A stretch of 64,000 nucleotides of DNA, taken from positions 34,513-98,512 of the forward strand of contig NIVC01002134.1 of the NCBI GenBank assembly GCA_002269645.1, given 5' to 3'. The position numbers and the translations under genes are program-made. This document shows, one piece after another, positions 37,094 through 48,784 of this stretch. The notes beneath the pieces were generated by a model that was given only the letters and a program-made list of their open reading frames with translations, had not been told where the DNA came from and made no database searches. Source of the stretch: Macrostomum lignano. Its lineage: Eukaryota. The stretch's first letter is position 1. Each line of letters begins with the position of its first letter.

Positions 37094-37351
37094 TATATAC
37101 TGATTAAGTACTACAGAGTACCTTTTCTTCTTTTACTTTAACTCTAACAATACACAAGTCCATACAAACTACGTGTGTCTATTTATGGCTGTCCTAACGA
37201 TGATAATAAACTAGTTAAATATAAAATCGATACTTTTTTAGTAAGAAATTACCTGCGCAAACTCTGAAGTCAAGACAGTGCTACCAAATGCAAGGCAAAG
37301 ATGCCCCCAATTCCTAAAGTTCATAACAGCACTTAGCTATCTTAATTCAAC
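37094..37351. repeat. 258-bp direct repeat, copy 1
   Basis: Apparently identical to 39063-39320 (offset 1969). Confidence 0.9.
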
Positions 37352-37974
37352 AAAAAAATACTAATTTTGCGCTGTATTCGTGCGTGCGTGCGTGTAATTG
37401 ATTTTTTCGAGAATGGCTCAACCGATTCTCTTCAAACTTGCACCATTCGATAAAAAATTTTCCTGGGATGGTGCATGCATCTTGGCTAAGAAATTGATCA
37501 ATATTAAAGTGATTAAATATTCGAAAAACATGATTTTCTGCGAAGGTCAAGCAGCTCTTTCGACCTGAAATGCATTGTAAGAATGCTAGAGAAAAACCTG
37601 ACTGACTGAATTTCAATTCTGATAAAGATTGCATCACAGCAAGTTGAAAACAGTGTCGAAGAAATGCACACCCGACTTGATTTAAATTGCGTAACCATAT
37701 TGCTAACTTAAATTGAGACTGATACTGGCTGACTGAGAAATTGATTATGTCATAACTTTTTACTCCAACCGATTTGCTATAAGAATTGAATTATAAGGGC
37801 CACAATTCATGTTCTCCAATCGACAAGAGATAGCCTAGATGCGAACAGACTGGAATGCTAATGTAGCGACCTGGGTTCGAAACTTAGTAGTGCAAAATAA
37901 TTTTTTTATTTAAACATCTTAAAAACAAAATGCTAAACATAAAAGAAGCACAACAAAAGTGGCACCATTTCAAA

Positions 37975-38412
37975 CATTAAAGGCCACCATGTCAAACATA
38001 TATGTGATTCCATGTCGAACATTAAAGAGCCACCATGTCGAACATTAAAGAGCCACCATGTCGAACATTAAAAAGCCATCATTACAGACATTAAGGTGCC
38101 ACCAGGTCAAACATTAAAGAGCCACCATGTCGAACATAAAAGAGCCACTATGTCAAACATCAACGAGTCACCATGTCAAGCGTATACATGACTCCATTTC
38201 AGACATTAAAGTGCCACCATGCCAAACATTAAAGAGCCACCATGTCAAGCGTATAAGTGACTCCATGTCAGACATTAAAGAGCCATCATTGCAGACATTA
38301 AAATGCCACCAGGTCAAACATTAAAAAGCCACCATGTCAAATATAAAAGAGCCACCATGTCAAACATTAAAGAGCCACCATGTCAAACACAAAACAGCTA
38401 CCATGTCAAACA
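37975..38412. repeat. Diverged ~23-bp minisatellite
   Basis: Unit ccaccatgtcaaacattaaagag. Confidence 0.85.
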
Positions 38413-38416
38413 TAAA

Positions 38417-38905
38417 TGGGGTGCCTACTATCTTGGAGTGCTTGCTATCTGGAGATGCGTGATATCTGGGGGTGCTTGCTATCTGGGGGTGCTTGCTATC
38501 TGGGGGTGCTTGCTATCTGGGGGTGCTTGCTATCTGGGGGTGCTTGCTATCTGGGGGTGCTTGCTATTAGGTGGATGCTTGCTATCTGGGGTGCCTGCTA
38601 TCTTGGAGTGCTTGCTATTAGGTGGATGCTTGCTATCTGGGGGTGCTTGCTATCTGGGGGGTGCTTGCTATCTAAGGGTGCTTGCTATCTTGGGGTGCTT
38701 GCTATTAGGTGGATGCTTGCTATCTGGGGTGCCTGCTATCTGGGGGTGCTTGCTATCTGGAGATGCTTGCTATCTGGGGGTGCTTGCTATCTGGGGTGCC
38801 TGCTATCTGGGGGTGCTTGCTATCTGGGGTGCCTGCTATCTGGGGGTGCTTGCTATCTGGAGATGCTTGCTATCTGGGGGTGCTTGCTATCTGGGGGGTT
38901 GCTTG
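38417..38905. repeat. ~16-bp minisatellite
   Basis: Unit gtgcttgctatctggg. Confidence 0.9.
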
Positions 38906-39062
38906 CTGTCCTGGGATGTTTTCTTTTTGCATTGCACTTCATTTGAGCAGTTTTTCTATTGTCTATGTGAAGGCTTTTTTTGGCCGTCTTTTTGATACTT
39001 GTAGAGAGCCAGAGATTCTATCTAGATGCCCCCATCGGGGGGGGGGGGGCGAAGATTGCTAG

Positions 39063-39320
39063 TATATACTGATTAAGTACTACAGAGTACCTTTTCTTCT
39101 TTTACTTTAACTCTAACAATACACAAGTCCATACAAACTACGTGTGTCTATTTATGGCTGTCCTAACGATGATAATAAACTAGTTAAATATAAAATCGAT
39201 ACTTTTTTAGTAAGAAATTACCTGCGCAAACTCTGAAGTCAAGACAGTGCTACCAAATGCAAGGCAAAGATGCCCCCAATTCCTAAAGTTCATAACAGCA
39301 CTTAGCTATCTTAATTCAAC
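39063..39320. repeat. 258-bp direct repeat, copy 2
   Basis: Matches 37094-37351. Confidence 0.9.
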
Positions 39321-39508
39321 CAGTAACAACGCATTTTTGGACAGCGTCTGCAGTTTCGTATTTGAATTTGATTTATTGATGTTCGGACAAGTGGTTGAGA
39401 ATTTTCCACCGTATTATTCAGCCAATTATAAAGAATAGGAAAAGAATGTCGTCCGAAACCTACGACACGGGGTTGTCTTTTTTCCAATCCATGCTATAAT
39501 CAATCCAC

Positions 39509-40178
39509 TCAGTCGCAAGCGTCAACAAAAGGCACCAGTAGCCGAAATTTCACTCGGCCTTGGTCGCTGTCTAAGTTGCCGCCTTGAACGGTGCTGCAGT
39601 CGCTGCCACCGCAGAATGAGCCGCCGCCGCCGCCTCCCAGACCGGCGCTCACCGCACCGCCGCCGCCGCTGTAGCCACCGCCGGCGCCACCGGCTCCATA
39701 GGTGAGGCTCGACTCACCGCCTCCGCCTCCACCGCCGAAGCCGCCTCTGCCTGTGCCACCGTCGCCAGGCCTTCCGCCGATCCAGCCTTGGGCTCGGCTG
39801 CCGCCTCCTTCACCGTCATTCTTCGTCTCTTTCTTCGACTTGGTCTTACCCAGCCAGCCGGCTCCGCAGCCGCCGCTTGCCAACATCGAGTTGAGCAACC
39901 CGCCAGAGCTGCTGAAGCCAGCTGCTCCGTTGGTACCACCCTTGCCGCCTTTGGTGCTGCCGTAGGAATCGCTGCCGCTAGTTGTTGCGGAGCCCGGCTT
40001 GCCTGAGGATGAGTAGCAGTGTAGCAGGCAGCATTTTTTATTTGTGAATGAAGAAAGTACAAGCAGCCAGAGGCTTATTGGTAACGGGTCTAAACTTTGT
40101 CGTTTTTCTTATCTCATCTGTATGTCTGGTTTGGGGTTTGGTCGGGCTGCGCTAGCTGCTGGAAAGCGGGCTTGGTTT

Positions 40179-40231
<53 letters not shown>

Positions 40232-41525
40232 CTCTCTCTCTTTCTCTCTCCATCACTTTCTGTCACGATCGAAACCTTTTTGAAAAGAGGAGTTGCTAAA
40301 GTTTTTCTTAGTCTAGTGTAGCGTAGTCGAGTTTAATGACTGCCGTCGTTATCCACTCTACTACGACTAAAAAGTGCGACTACAAAACACACCGTGTCTC
40401 ACCAACTAAAATAATGAATTTTTTGAAGAAAGCACCAAGCGTCCCTACTACCAAAGCTCTGGGTGTCCTAACTAAAGTACTTCTCGCCTCAATACCAAAT
40501 TACTAAATGTGAACCAAGGACTACTAAGTAGTTTTTGGTGTAAAAACTGCCTAGCGTAAAATGAAAGTCTACTTGAACGTTGAGCATTTTACGTGGGTAT
40601 CGGTGGTACCCACAGCCGAACAACTGACGGCTAGCCGTAGAACTCACCGCGATTACTGTCGGCGGCACCTCCGCCCCCACCTGCGGCCAACAGCAGCTCG
40701 TCGTTACCGTCGTCGATTGTCCGGTACACAAAGCTGCCTCCACCGCCGCCACCGCCGGCCCTGGCCTCGTTGGCCGCGCTACCAGCCTGACCGACCACAA
40801 TGCTTAGCCGGATGCCAGCTGCCAAGATGTAGCTTCCCGCAGCAAGAGCGCCTGGCCCGCCTTTCTTACCGGTATTTGGATGTCCGCCGCCTCGAGCCCC
40901 GGCTGCTTCGATGCGGTAGCAGCCGGGCAGGCTGATCAGCGCCTCCTGGATGTCGCCTAAACGTCCGCGGTTCGTATCTGGAGGAAACAGACATGTCCGT
41001 GATAGCAAAATGTACATAAAAATGATTGTAGCTTTCAAAATCGACCAAATAATTGCCTCTTACTAATAAAAAGATAGTTCATCACGGAAAGCGCAATTCT
41101 CTTCTCAAAATAATTTCTCTTCCAAGCCTGCGCGCCGACTTTACCACCGAGCAATCGATCAACGTGATGGCTTTGCGGACTCAGCGACTGCGACTCGTCA
41201 TTGATGATCAACATCTGGCAGACGGTGGCAGCTTCGATGAAAGCGATACCCGAACAGTTCCGCGATTGGCAGTTGAGTAGGCAGTCGATTTCGGACAATG
41301 CACCCGTTTTGTTGATTACTTCACTGCTTGTTGTGGCGTTCACAGCAATCGGCTGAGTTGAAATTGAATACTCGGCAAGCGTAAGACTAGCATTGTCACA
41401 ATGAGCGGCTGAAAATAATGAAAATTCGAGAACATTTGAAAAGTGGAATTTGATTTCAAATCAGCCGTATTTTTATTCATACTCTCACCTTCGAAGAACA
41501 GTAGAATTAAGAGGTTATAAAGCAT
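39509..41525 (-). CDS. PAN/apple + ALK/LTK-type glycine-rich secreted protein B (~401 aa, intact)
   Basis: Exons 41525-41489 (MLYNLLILLFFEA..), 41408-41064 (CLLNC..C.GIAF..C), 40977-40648 (GCYRIEAAGARGG..IVVGQAG..GGGGGSFV..LLAAGGGGG), 40002-39509; 1206 nt in frame. Confidence 0.85.
40180..40252. repeat. (CT)n microsatellite in intron
   Basis: ctctct run. Confidence 0.95.
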
Positions 41526-42716
41526 TTTCTCTTTTTAAATTCGGCAAATTTTCGATCTACTGACAAAAACAGTTGACGCGATTCTTCATAAGTTGTGCGA
41601 GGTATTGGGGTGCCTTAGTCAAATGGTTATTTAAATAAAACTGGGGTTCTCGCATTGGCTCAGTTGATTGACGACAAAGAGTGGTTGGCAAGCCACTCCG
41701 GCTGGTTACGCTCGTAGCAGTTTACATAGCAATTGTTGAAAAATGAAGCTGCACTATGAACGACCTACTGATGAAGCAATAGGGGTTTCTGTAACTGTCC
41801 ACTTACAAGCTATTTTGACAAAAATTGAAGCACTTTGCAGACAACAGGTAAATGTAAAACTGTCCATATATATTAGATCTGGTATCGAGTGTGCATGCTA
41901 CGCTCGTAGCATTTGATTCAGAGTGCTTCCGAAATAATTGTTTGTTTGTAACACCGAAGACTTCTTTCTGCCAGTTAAAATGCTGCGGTTTATTTTAACA
42001 GATCTGCCAATCATTCGGTGTAACCGACTCTGAACGAGCTAAAGAACTAGAAAGCTCTTGAAGACACTCGGCATACTCAATGACACAGGTATTAATGAAT
42101 CGATATTAAACTATCCATTTTCTAGTACATTTTCCAGCACGCATTGTATCGATGTTGCTCGTAAAAATGAATTCTCGGAAGTTCTGTTCAACAAGAGATA
42201 TTAAGATTGACAGCAGTACCGTCCACCGGACCAAGGTAATTAGCTCAAGGACTACTCAAGTAGAAGGACGGGAAACTACGTTTCTTAGAAAATTTTAAGG
42301 GGCTGGTTTTCGCCGAAAATTAACACACTACGGAGATGAAAACTTCTCACTTTTTCAGAGTACATAATAAGTACAGTAACTTCCAAGTATGAAAATGAGA
42401 ATCATCTCCTTTCTTATCCCCTAAAAAATAAAAATCCTCTTAATCTCTTCTAAAGCGCTCAAAAAGAACAATAGCGATCGTATGAGACAGGTTTGAGGCC
42501 GTGGGACCGCTATAAACTTAAAACACGTGCTTATGCGCAAACGAGAACAAAATATTGATGAACCTTTTTGCAGCCTAGCATCTCGTGGGAAATTTCTAGA
42601 ACGTAGAAATATTCTAAAATTTTACCTATAAAAGATTAGCATTTTTGAAGACTTCTTTTTACCATTCCTACTTTTGAAATAAACTTTCAGCAAGCTGTTT
42701 ATTGACCGGAGATTAA

Positions 42717-45292
42717 ATGAAGATATACTACTTTGCTGTAGTCCTTTGGATTAACTTAGCAGGTAAGCTGTTAATGATCTCGGAATTCGAACAAGCGTAT
42801 GATCCACTACTTAAATTTTCGAGCTACTAAAAATTACCAGTACATGAATTTTATCTTTTCAATTTTCTTCAGGAAGATGCGCTCTCTGTCATCTTATGAG
42901 TGCTTCGCACACCCAGGGAATAATGCAGATTTGTAAAAAGATCAACGTCTTAACAGCCGCCGTCATCAACATGTCGAGCCTGCTGACGGAAGCCGAATGC
43001 GCTGTGCGCTGCCGCCTCCTCGGCTGCACTGCCGCCGTCTTTGCTGCGAACTCGAGCCGGCGCGGATTTTGCCAGCTGGTTGTCGGCAACAACGAATCGG
43101 CCGGGTCGGCAAATGACCGGAGCAGCAACTCGGTTCTGACGATCAACTCGCCCGCAAAAGTGTGGCTTCTCGATGGTCGAGACGCGAACCTTTCGTTGGC
43201 TAACTTTTCAAACGTCAAATTTAAAAGTAAGTGCTCAGGGGACAGATTAACATGCTTTGAGGCTTGCGACTCTTACTCTACTGTGTACTGCATGCTTGGC
43301 GATGAGAAATTTAGGTTCACTGTACATCCTGCGTGAGCCTGTCGTCTTATTTTTGTGCGTGTTCGTGCTCAAGAATCATAACGGCCGTAACTGGCTGCGG
43401 TCCACTGTCCGCCTCGATTTACGTCGCATTGTTTATTTTCGAAGACCCCCTGCAACTGATGATTCGATCTACATGTGGATATCCCTTCTTTCTCTTTTTT
43501 CTGAAAAGTTACCTACTAAGTATTAAAAAGCTATATGTCAAGGACCACTAAAAGATTACGCTACTACTTAAGTAGTCCTTGCTAGATGTACTTTGCTTTG
43601 CTTCTGCTTTTAATAGCGTCGGAAAAGACGTAGTTAAGGGACAACAAGAATGTCCTAAGAATGTTTCTTACGATTTCCAACAAAAGCAATCAAATTCGAC
43701 GAAAATATTGCAGACGTTGGCACTGGCCCATCTGGCTCAATCCAGCGCGTGATCATCAACGTGACAGGCTCTTACCTACTTGAAGTCGCTGGTGCAAAAG
43801 GTGGCGATTGTGGATATGGCTTAAAATTGGGAGGTCGTGGCGCCAAAGTGTCGGGCACCTTCAATTTAACGGTCGGCCTGCAGCTGAGCATCGCGGTGGG
43901 CCAGGCTGGCCGATCAACGAGTAGTCAAGCAGCAGCTGGCGGAGGCGGTGGCAGCTTCGTGTTCGTGGATGAGAGCTCTGCCAGGCTGCTGATTGCGGCT
44001 GGCGGTGGCGGCGGCGCTTCTTGCGCCTGTGATGGTGAGAATCATCATTTTCCAGAATTTTTTTCTGACAAAGTGCCAAGTTTACAGCACTAAGTTCATT
44101 TGGAAAATAATATCGCATTCAATGCGGTAAATATTTTTGTTAGCTAGTGATATGATTGAGAATATAAGCCATGTAAAACAACATCGACGCGAAATTGGGC
44201 GTCAATGGGCGCAAGCCAAGGCCTAAGTAGAAATTAGAATCAATCAGTAGTCTCATGGTTGATTTCTAGACATGCATGTCTCGTTAAGCCGATGTAAATT
44301 CTAGCAATAAAAGGATGCCGATTGATGATACTGAAGTCGTAATTGGCATCGTTTTTGATTCTGCGATCTCACTAAGCGCACTCAGCTACCGTAAAAGCCA
44401 GCTAATGAGGCCTGGCCTGATTTGCAGAAGTAGCATATTTATATATAGGATTGGGACGCAGAGGAGACACCTCTTGCGCGTACGCGTTTGCAAAACAGGC
44501 GGGAGGGGCATGCAGGCAGCAGCAGCCTGAGGGCTCAGCGCAAGCGCTAAGGCAGTCCGTCAGAGTGGCAGTGCGGGCCTGCATGGCCACGGCGCAGTTG
44601 CTTGGTCGGTCGGTGCAGCAGGGCAGAGGAATGGACGCACCACGGTCAGGGTCCATAGGTAGCAGCATTTGATGGCGCCGGCGTAGGGTAGCGATAACAG
44701 GAGGGGTCTCTGCGTGGCTGTCATCAGAGCGTTAGTCGGCAGGCAAGATAATTAATTATCTCTCCTAAAAACCACGTCAGGCAATCCGGGACTGGCCGGA
44801 CCCGATGGCGGCAACTCCACAGGCGCCGACAACAACGCCGCTCTGCGTGGCTACGGAGGCGCTGACGGAAATCCGGGACTCGCTTTGAACAGCAGCGACG
44901 TCATCAACGCTACGAGCTTCGGCGGCTGCGGCGCCGGCTGGCTGGGCAGGGCTGTCGCTCTTCGGCAAAACGACTACGATGGCGAGCCTGGTTGGAGCAA
45001 AGCTGACGGTTGGACTGGCGGCAGCGGAGCTAAAGGAAGCCAAGGTAAGGGCGGCTTCGGCGGCGGCGGAGGTGGTGGCCGCTGTGACGACGTCAGCAAC
45101 GAGCTGCCCGCGGCTGGCGCCGGCGGCGGCTTCAGCGGAGGCGGCGCTGGTCTCGGCGGAGGCCAGGCCGGCGGAGGCGGTGGCTCCTTCTGCTCAGCTG
45201 GTGACAGCTGCTCAGGCGAGACCGGAGGCAACTCGGACAGCCAGCACGGCTTTGTTGTGCTGCGTCTGGTGGGCGATGGGAGCTGCGACTGA
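42717..45292 (+). CDS. PAN/apple + ALK/LTK-type glycine-rich secreted protein C (~410 aa, intact)
   Basis: Exons 42717-42762 (MKIYYFAVVLWINLAG), 42873-43226, 43714-44034, 44781-45292; GT-AG, phase 1, 1233 nt in frame. Confidence 0.86.
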
Positions 45293-46439
45293 TGATTAAG
45301 CACAGAGTCTAGCCGCAAGTGATGAAAAGGAATAAATGGTTTTGATCAGAGAATCATGAATTAGCGAGCTGAATAATAGGTAATTATCCAAAAATGTTTT
45401 GAGTATGTGAGGGGAATTTAATGGAGCCTGAAATTCTAAAACTAGCGGTCTCACCTCATGTCATTTAAAAAACTCCTGGTTCAATTAGTGATTCGTTTTA
45501 ATGATTTATCACTTGTGTTAATTATGTTATATTAACTGGAATTTTAGGGTAAAAGTGGTGGTGGACAAAATGACAAGGGATTTTCGTTGCAGTGAGTCGA
45601 ATAGTACAGCTCCCAGAGATGCCATAAAATCATCAGATGAACAATTGTGATGGCATAAAGATACATGCATATTAGCAAAGTAGAACTCTCTTCGTACTTA
45701 TTTTTCAATAGGATCTTTATCTCTTTCTTACATTATTTATCTGTGTCAATCTCTGAACACAATTATACATTTTAAGCGTGGCTGAACTCCGAATCAGACG
45801 TTAACCCGAATGTGTTTTTGAACTTGAAAAAAAATAAACAAAACGATGTCCGTTGAAAGCAATATTTAAGGTTACATCTTTAAAACTGTTTTTTTCGAGC
45901 CGAATTTTTATGTAACTCACCTGTTATACTTATCTAAATTATAAAAAGATTACTTTTTAAGAAATTTAAGAATTTTAAAGAAATTATTTATTACCTTTTC
46001 CTCAGCTTCTTTTTTGCTCCAAAAAATATTAATTTCTGTTTTGCTTTGTTATAATTCTGCCGTAAATTTTCTCAGAAAGACGTTCAGTTTTAATGTTTCC
46101 TTGATTGATCAGCGCAATATATTATGAATAAGATCTTTTTGAAGAATAAAAATTTTTGAATAAAAAAAGATAAACTTTTTTTCTTGCAAGAAAGTGAGAA
46201 TTTCTTGGCTTTTAATGAATAAGAAAATTACTTTTTCTCGCGAGAATTTCTTCTGAAGATTTTCTTATGAGATTCTGAGACAAGAAAATCTTGCTAAGAA
46301 AATCTATGAAGAAAAAGATTTTCTCACTCTCGTATGAATAAAATCACCCGTTTCTCAATGTCTGTGTAAAAAAGGAGTTTTTGACGAGCTCCTTCTTCTA
46401 AAGCTCAGACACTGAATTTCTATCACTGAATTTTTTTCT

Positions 46440-46720
46440 TGCTTTAGATTTGAAATGTTTGCGGTTGTTACGGTCGGTCTTTGCCTTTGAATCGGCATTT
46501 CATGTTGGCAATCCTTCTTCAAAGTCTTCTTCGTGTCGAACGACTTTCCAGTCAACGTTTCCAGCTCTGTGCACTTCGCGTTAATGGCTTCCTCCTTCTG
46601 CCGTTTTACCACCGGCGTGCTGCTCTTGGTCAACAAAATCGCATGTTTTGTCAGGACGTCGATGATGCAGTCCGCATCATCTTCATGCACTTGTGCGTCT
46701 TGCCCTTCCATTTGTTCATC
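46440..46720 (-). mobile_element. Frameshifted Myb/SANT-like domain, probable PIF/Harbinger remnant
   Basis: IIDVLTKHAILLTKSSTPVVKRQKEEA...TKKTLKK continues as IANMKCRFKGK after a 1-nt shift, resembling the Myb/SANT-like (Myb_DNA-bind_5) pattern. Confidence 0.5.
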
Positions 46721-47430
46721 TGCCTTCATTTTTCCTTTGCAAGGCAAAAAATAGGCCAGCCAAAAACTTTCTCGAGTGCACCCAGTCTTATTTCTGTCTC
46801 TCGAGATTCCACCCAACCCTGCCCAGGTTGGCCCATAGACGACAATTTGCTTCATAAATTCTTGCGAGAAAGTCTTGCAAGCCAAGAAAACTTGGCTTTT
46901 GCAGATTTTCTTAGCTTGAGAGAATTTCTACGCGCGAAAATCTCGACAGTTGAGAATTTTCCTTTTTTACTTGGCTTACAAGAATTTCTGCCGAGATTTT
47001 CTCGATTTTTATTCATCCTTCAAGTTCTTGATCAATGTCATATGCATATAAGCTGTTTTTGTCTTACAGGACTTTTTTAATGGGGGTCAGCCAGCAAAAG
47101 CACAGCTGTAGGAACTGCTTTCGGAAAAGACTGATTAAACCCTTCAACAAGACCTTGAACTAAGAAAAGAATTTGCTAGCTAGCTACTGCAAAATCTCAA
47201 GCTAGAAGATAAAAAAATTCTTGAGAGATGACAGAAAAATAGAAGATATTAGCGCGTGGTGGGACGCCTGTGAACTTGAAACATCTGGCGAGTAGACAAC
47301 AGAGGTAGAAAGTCGCTCCACTGTCAACTAAGGCGTCGGAGCTTGAGGAGAGCCAATACTCGGTAGAAGTCCTCGCGCACGCTGCGATACCGAGTATGTT
47401 ATAAGATGTATTGCTTGTCGCAGTCGCTTC

Positions 47431-47892
47431 CAGGGGCGTAGCCAGGAATTTTGATTGGGGGGGGGGCCGTGAGTTAGGGGGCGCTAGCTTCTTATAGGGG
47501 GGCGCCAGTTTCTTTTAGGGGGGGGCGCCAGTTTCTTATAGGGGGGGGCGCCAGTTTCTTTTAGGGGGGGGCGCCAGTTTCTTTTAGGGGGGGCGCCGGT
47601 TTCTTATAGGGGGGCGCCAGTTTCTTTTAGGGGGGGGGCGCCAGTTTCTTTTAGGGGGGCGCCAGTTTCTTATAGGGGGGCGCCAGTTTCTTTTAGGGGG
47701 GGGCGCCAGTTTCTTTTAGGGGGGGGGGGTGCCAGTTTCTTTTAGGGGGGGGCGCCAGTTTCTTATAGGGGGGGGCGCCAGTTTCTTTTAGGGGGGGGGC
47801 GCCAGTTTCTTTTAGGGGGGGGGGGCGCCAAGGCCAGAGTTGGTGATTGGGGGGCCACGGCCCCCCTTGCCCCCCCTCTGGCTACGCCCCTG
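47431..47892. mobile_element. hAT-type MITE carrying a G-rich ~23-25-bp minisatellite
   Basis: Perfect 15-bp TIR CAGGGGCGTAGCCAG / CTGGCTACGCCCCTG; perfect 8-bp TSD gtcgcttc. Confidence 0.92.
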
Positions 47893-48784
47893 GTCGCTTC
47901 AACAATCAATGAAACTTCCCTAGCTTGAATACTTGGCACAACGGTTACACATGTGCCTCGTAGTATTGCGAATTTGACAGACAATAAAATCATAAATTAT
48001 TCATGAGGACAAGCATCATATAATTATTGTATTAATAAAAACTTATTACTGTCTTTAATTTACGTTGTATTATTTTGAAAGTCATCTAACTGAGCGAAGG
48101 CTAACATACTATACACACTACTACATGTATGTCCGTGTAGTAGTAGATAGCGGAGAAGAGAGAGAAGGCGGATTTAAAGATAAATTATTAAAGCCAAAGC
48201 CAATTGTTTGGCCTGCAGTCAGTCATTTAGAGAGGCCGAAATTAAGTGACAGTCTTAATAGTGTCGATAAGCAGTCTTAAAGGCGTCCAAAAATCGATAT
48301 TAGCACGTGAGCAGCCTTAAAGCGGATGGATTTCATTTTATCAGCAGTGCTCTACCAAGAACAAGCTAATTCAAAATGTCAGTTTAGGTGGCTATATGAC
48401 TATGTCAACAAGGAGCTATCAAGCGTTCGGTGCAGTTGAGAAAAACAACTTGGCGGATGTAGGAAGAACAGACGATTTTGTGACGAGCAGAAATCCTGGT
48501 AAAACAAACAATTTGAAGTGATAACTTGAATTTGCTTGCTTATATAGTTTAGTTAAAGTGTCTGCATGAGCCAGGCTTTCGAGAAGACATTGCAGTCTCC
48601 CATCATCGCGCGATGCAAATACTTGAGGCCTAACAGGAATTGACAGAAAGATACTTTGCAGTAGGGGCATAGGAAAAGTCTTCCTGTGATTTCGGATTTG
48701 CTGTCTATATAATCCAGCCATTTATGACAGAGTAAACTGAAATTTGTTGGTTAAAAATCCAATTTTAACTAAGTTTCTTTCACA

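Noticed and set aside
38303-39062. Long Cys/Gly/Leu-rich ORFs
   Set aside because: Products of the 16-bp minisatellite; no splice or domain support
44315-44750. GC-rich intronic segment with short ORFs in gene C
   Set aside because: No domain motif, and no convincing TIR/TSD pair could be established
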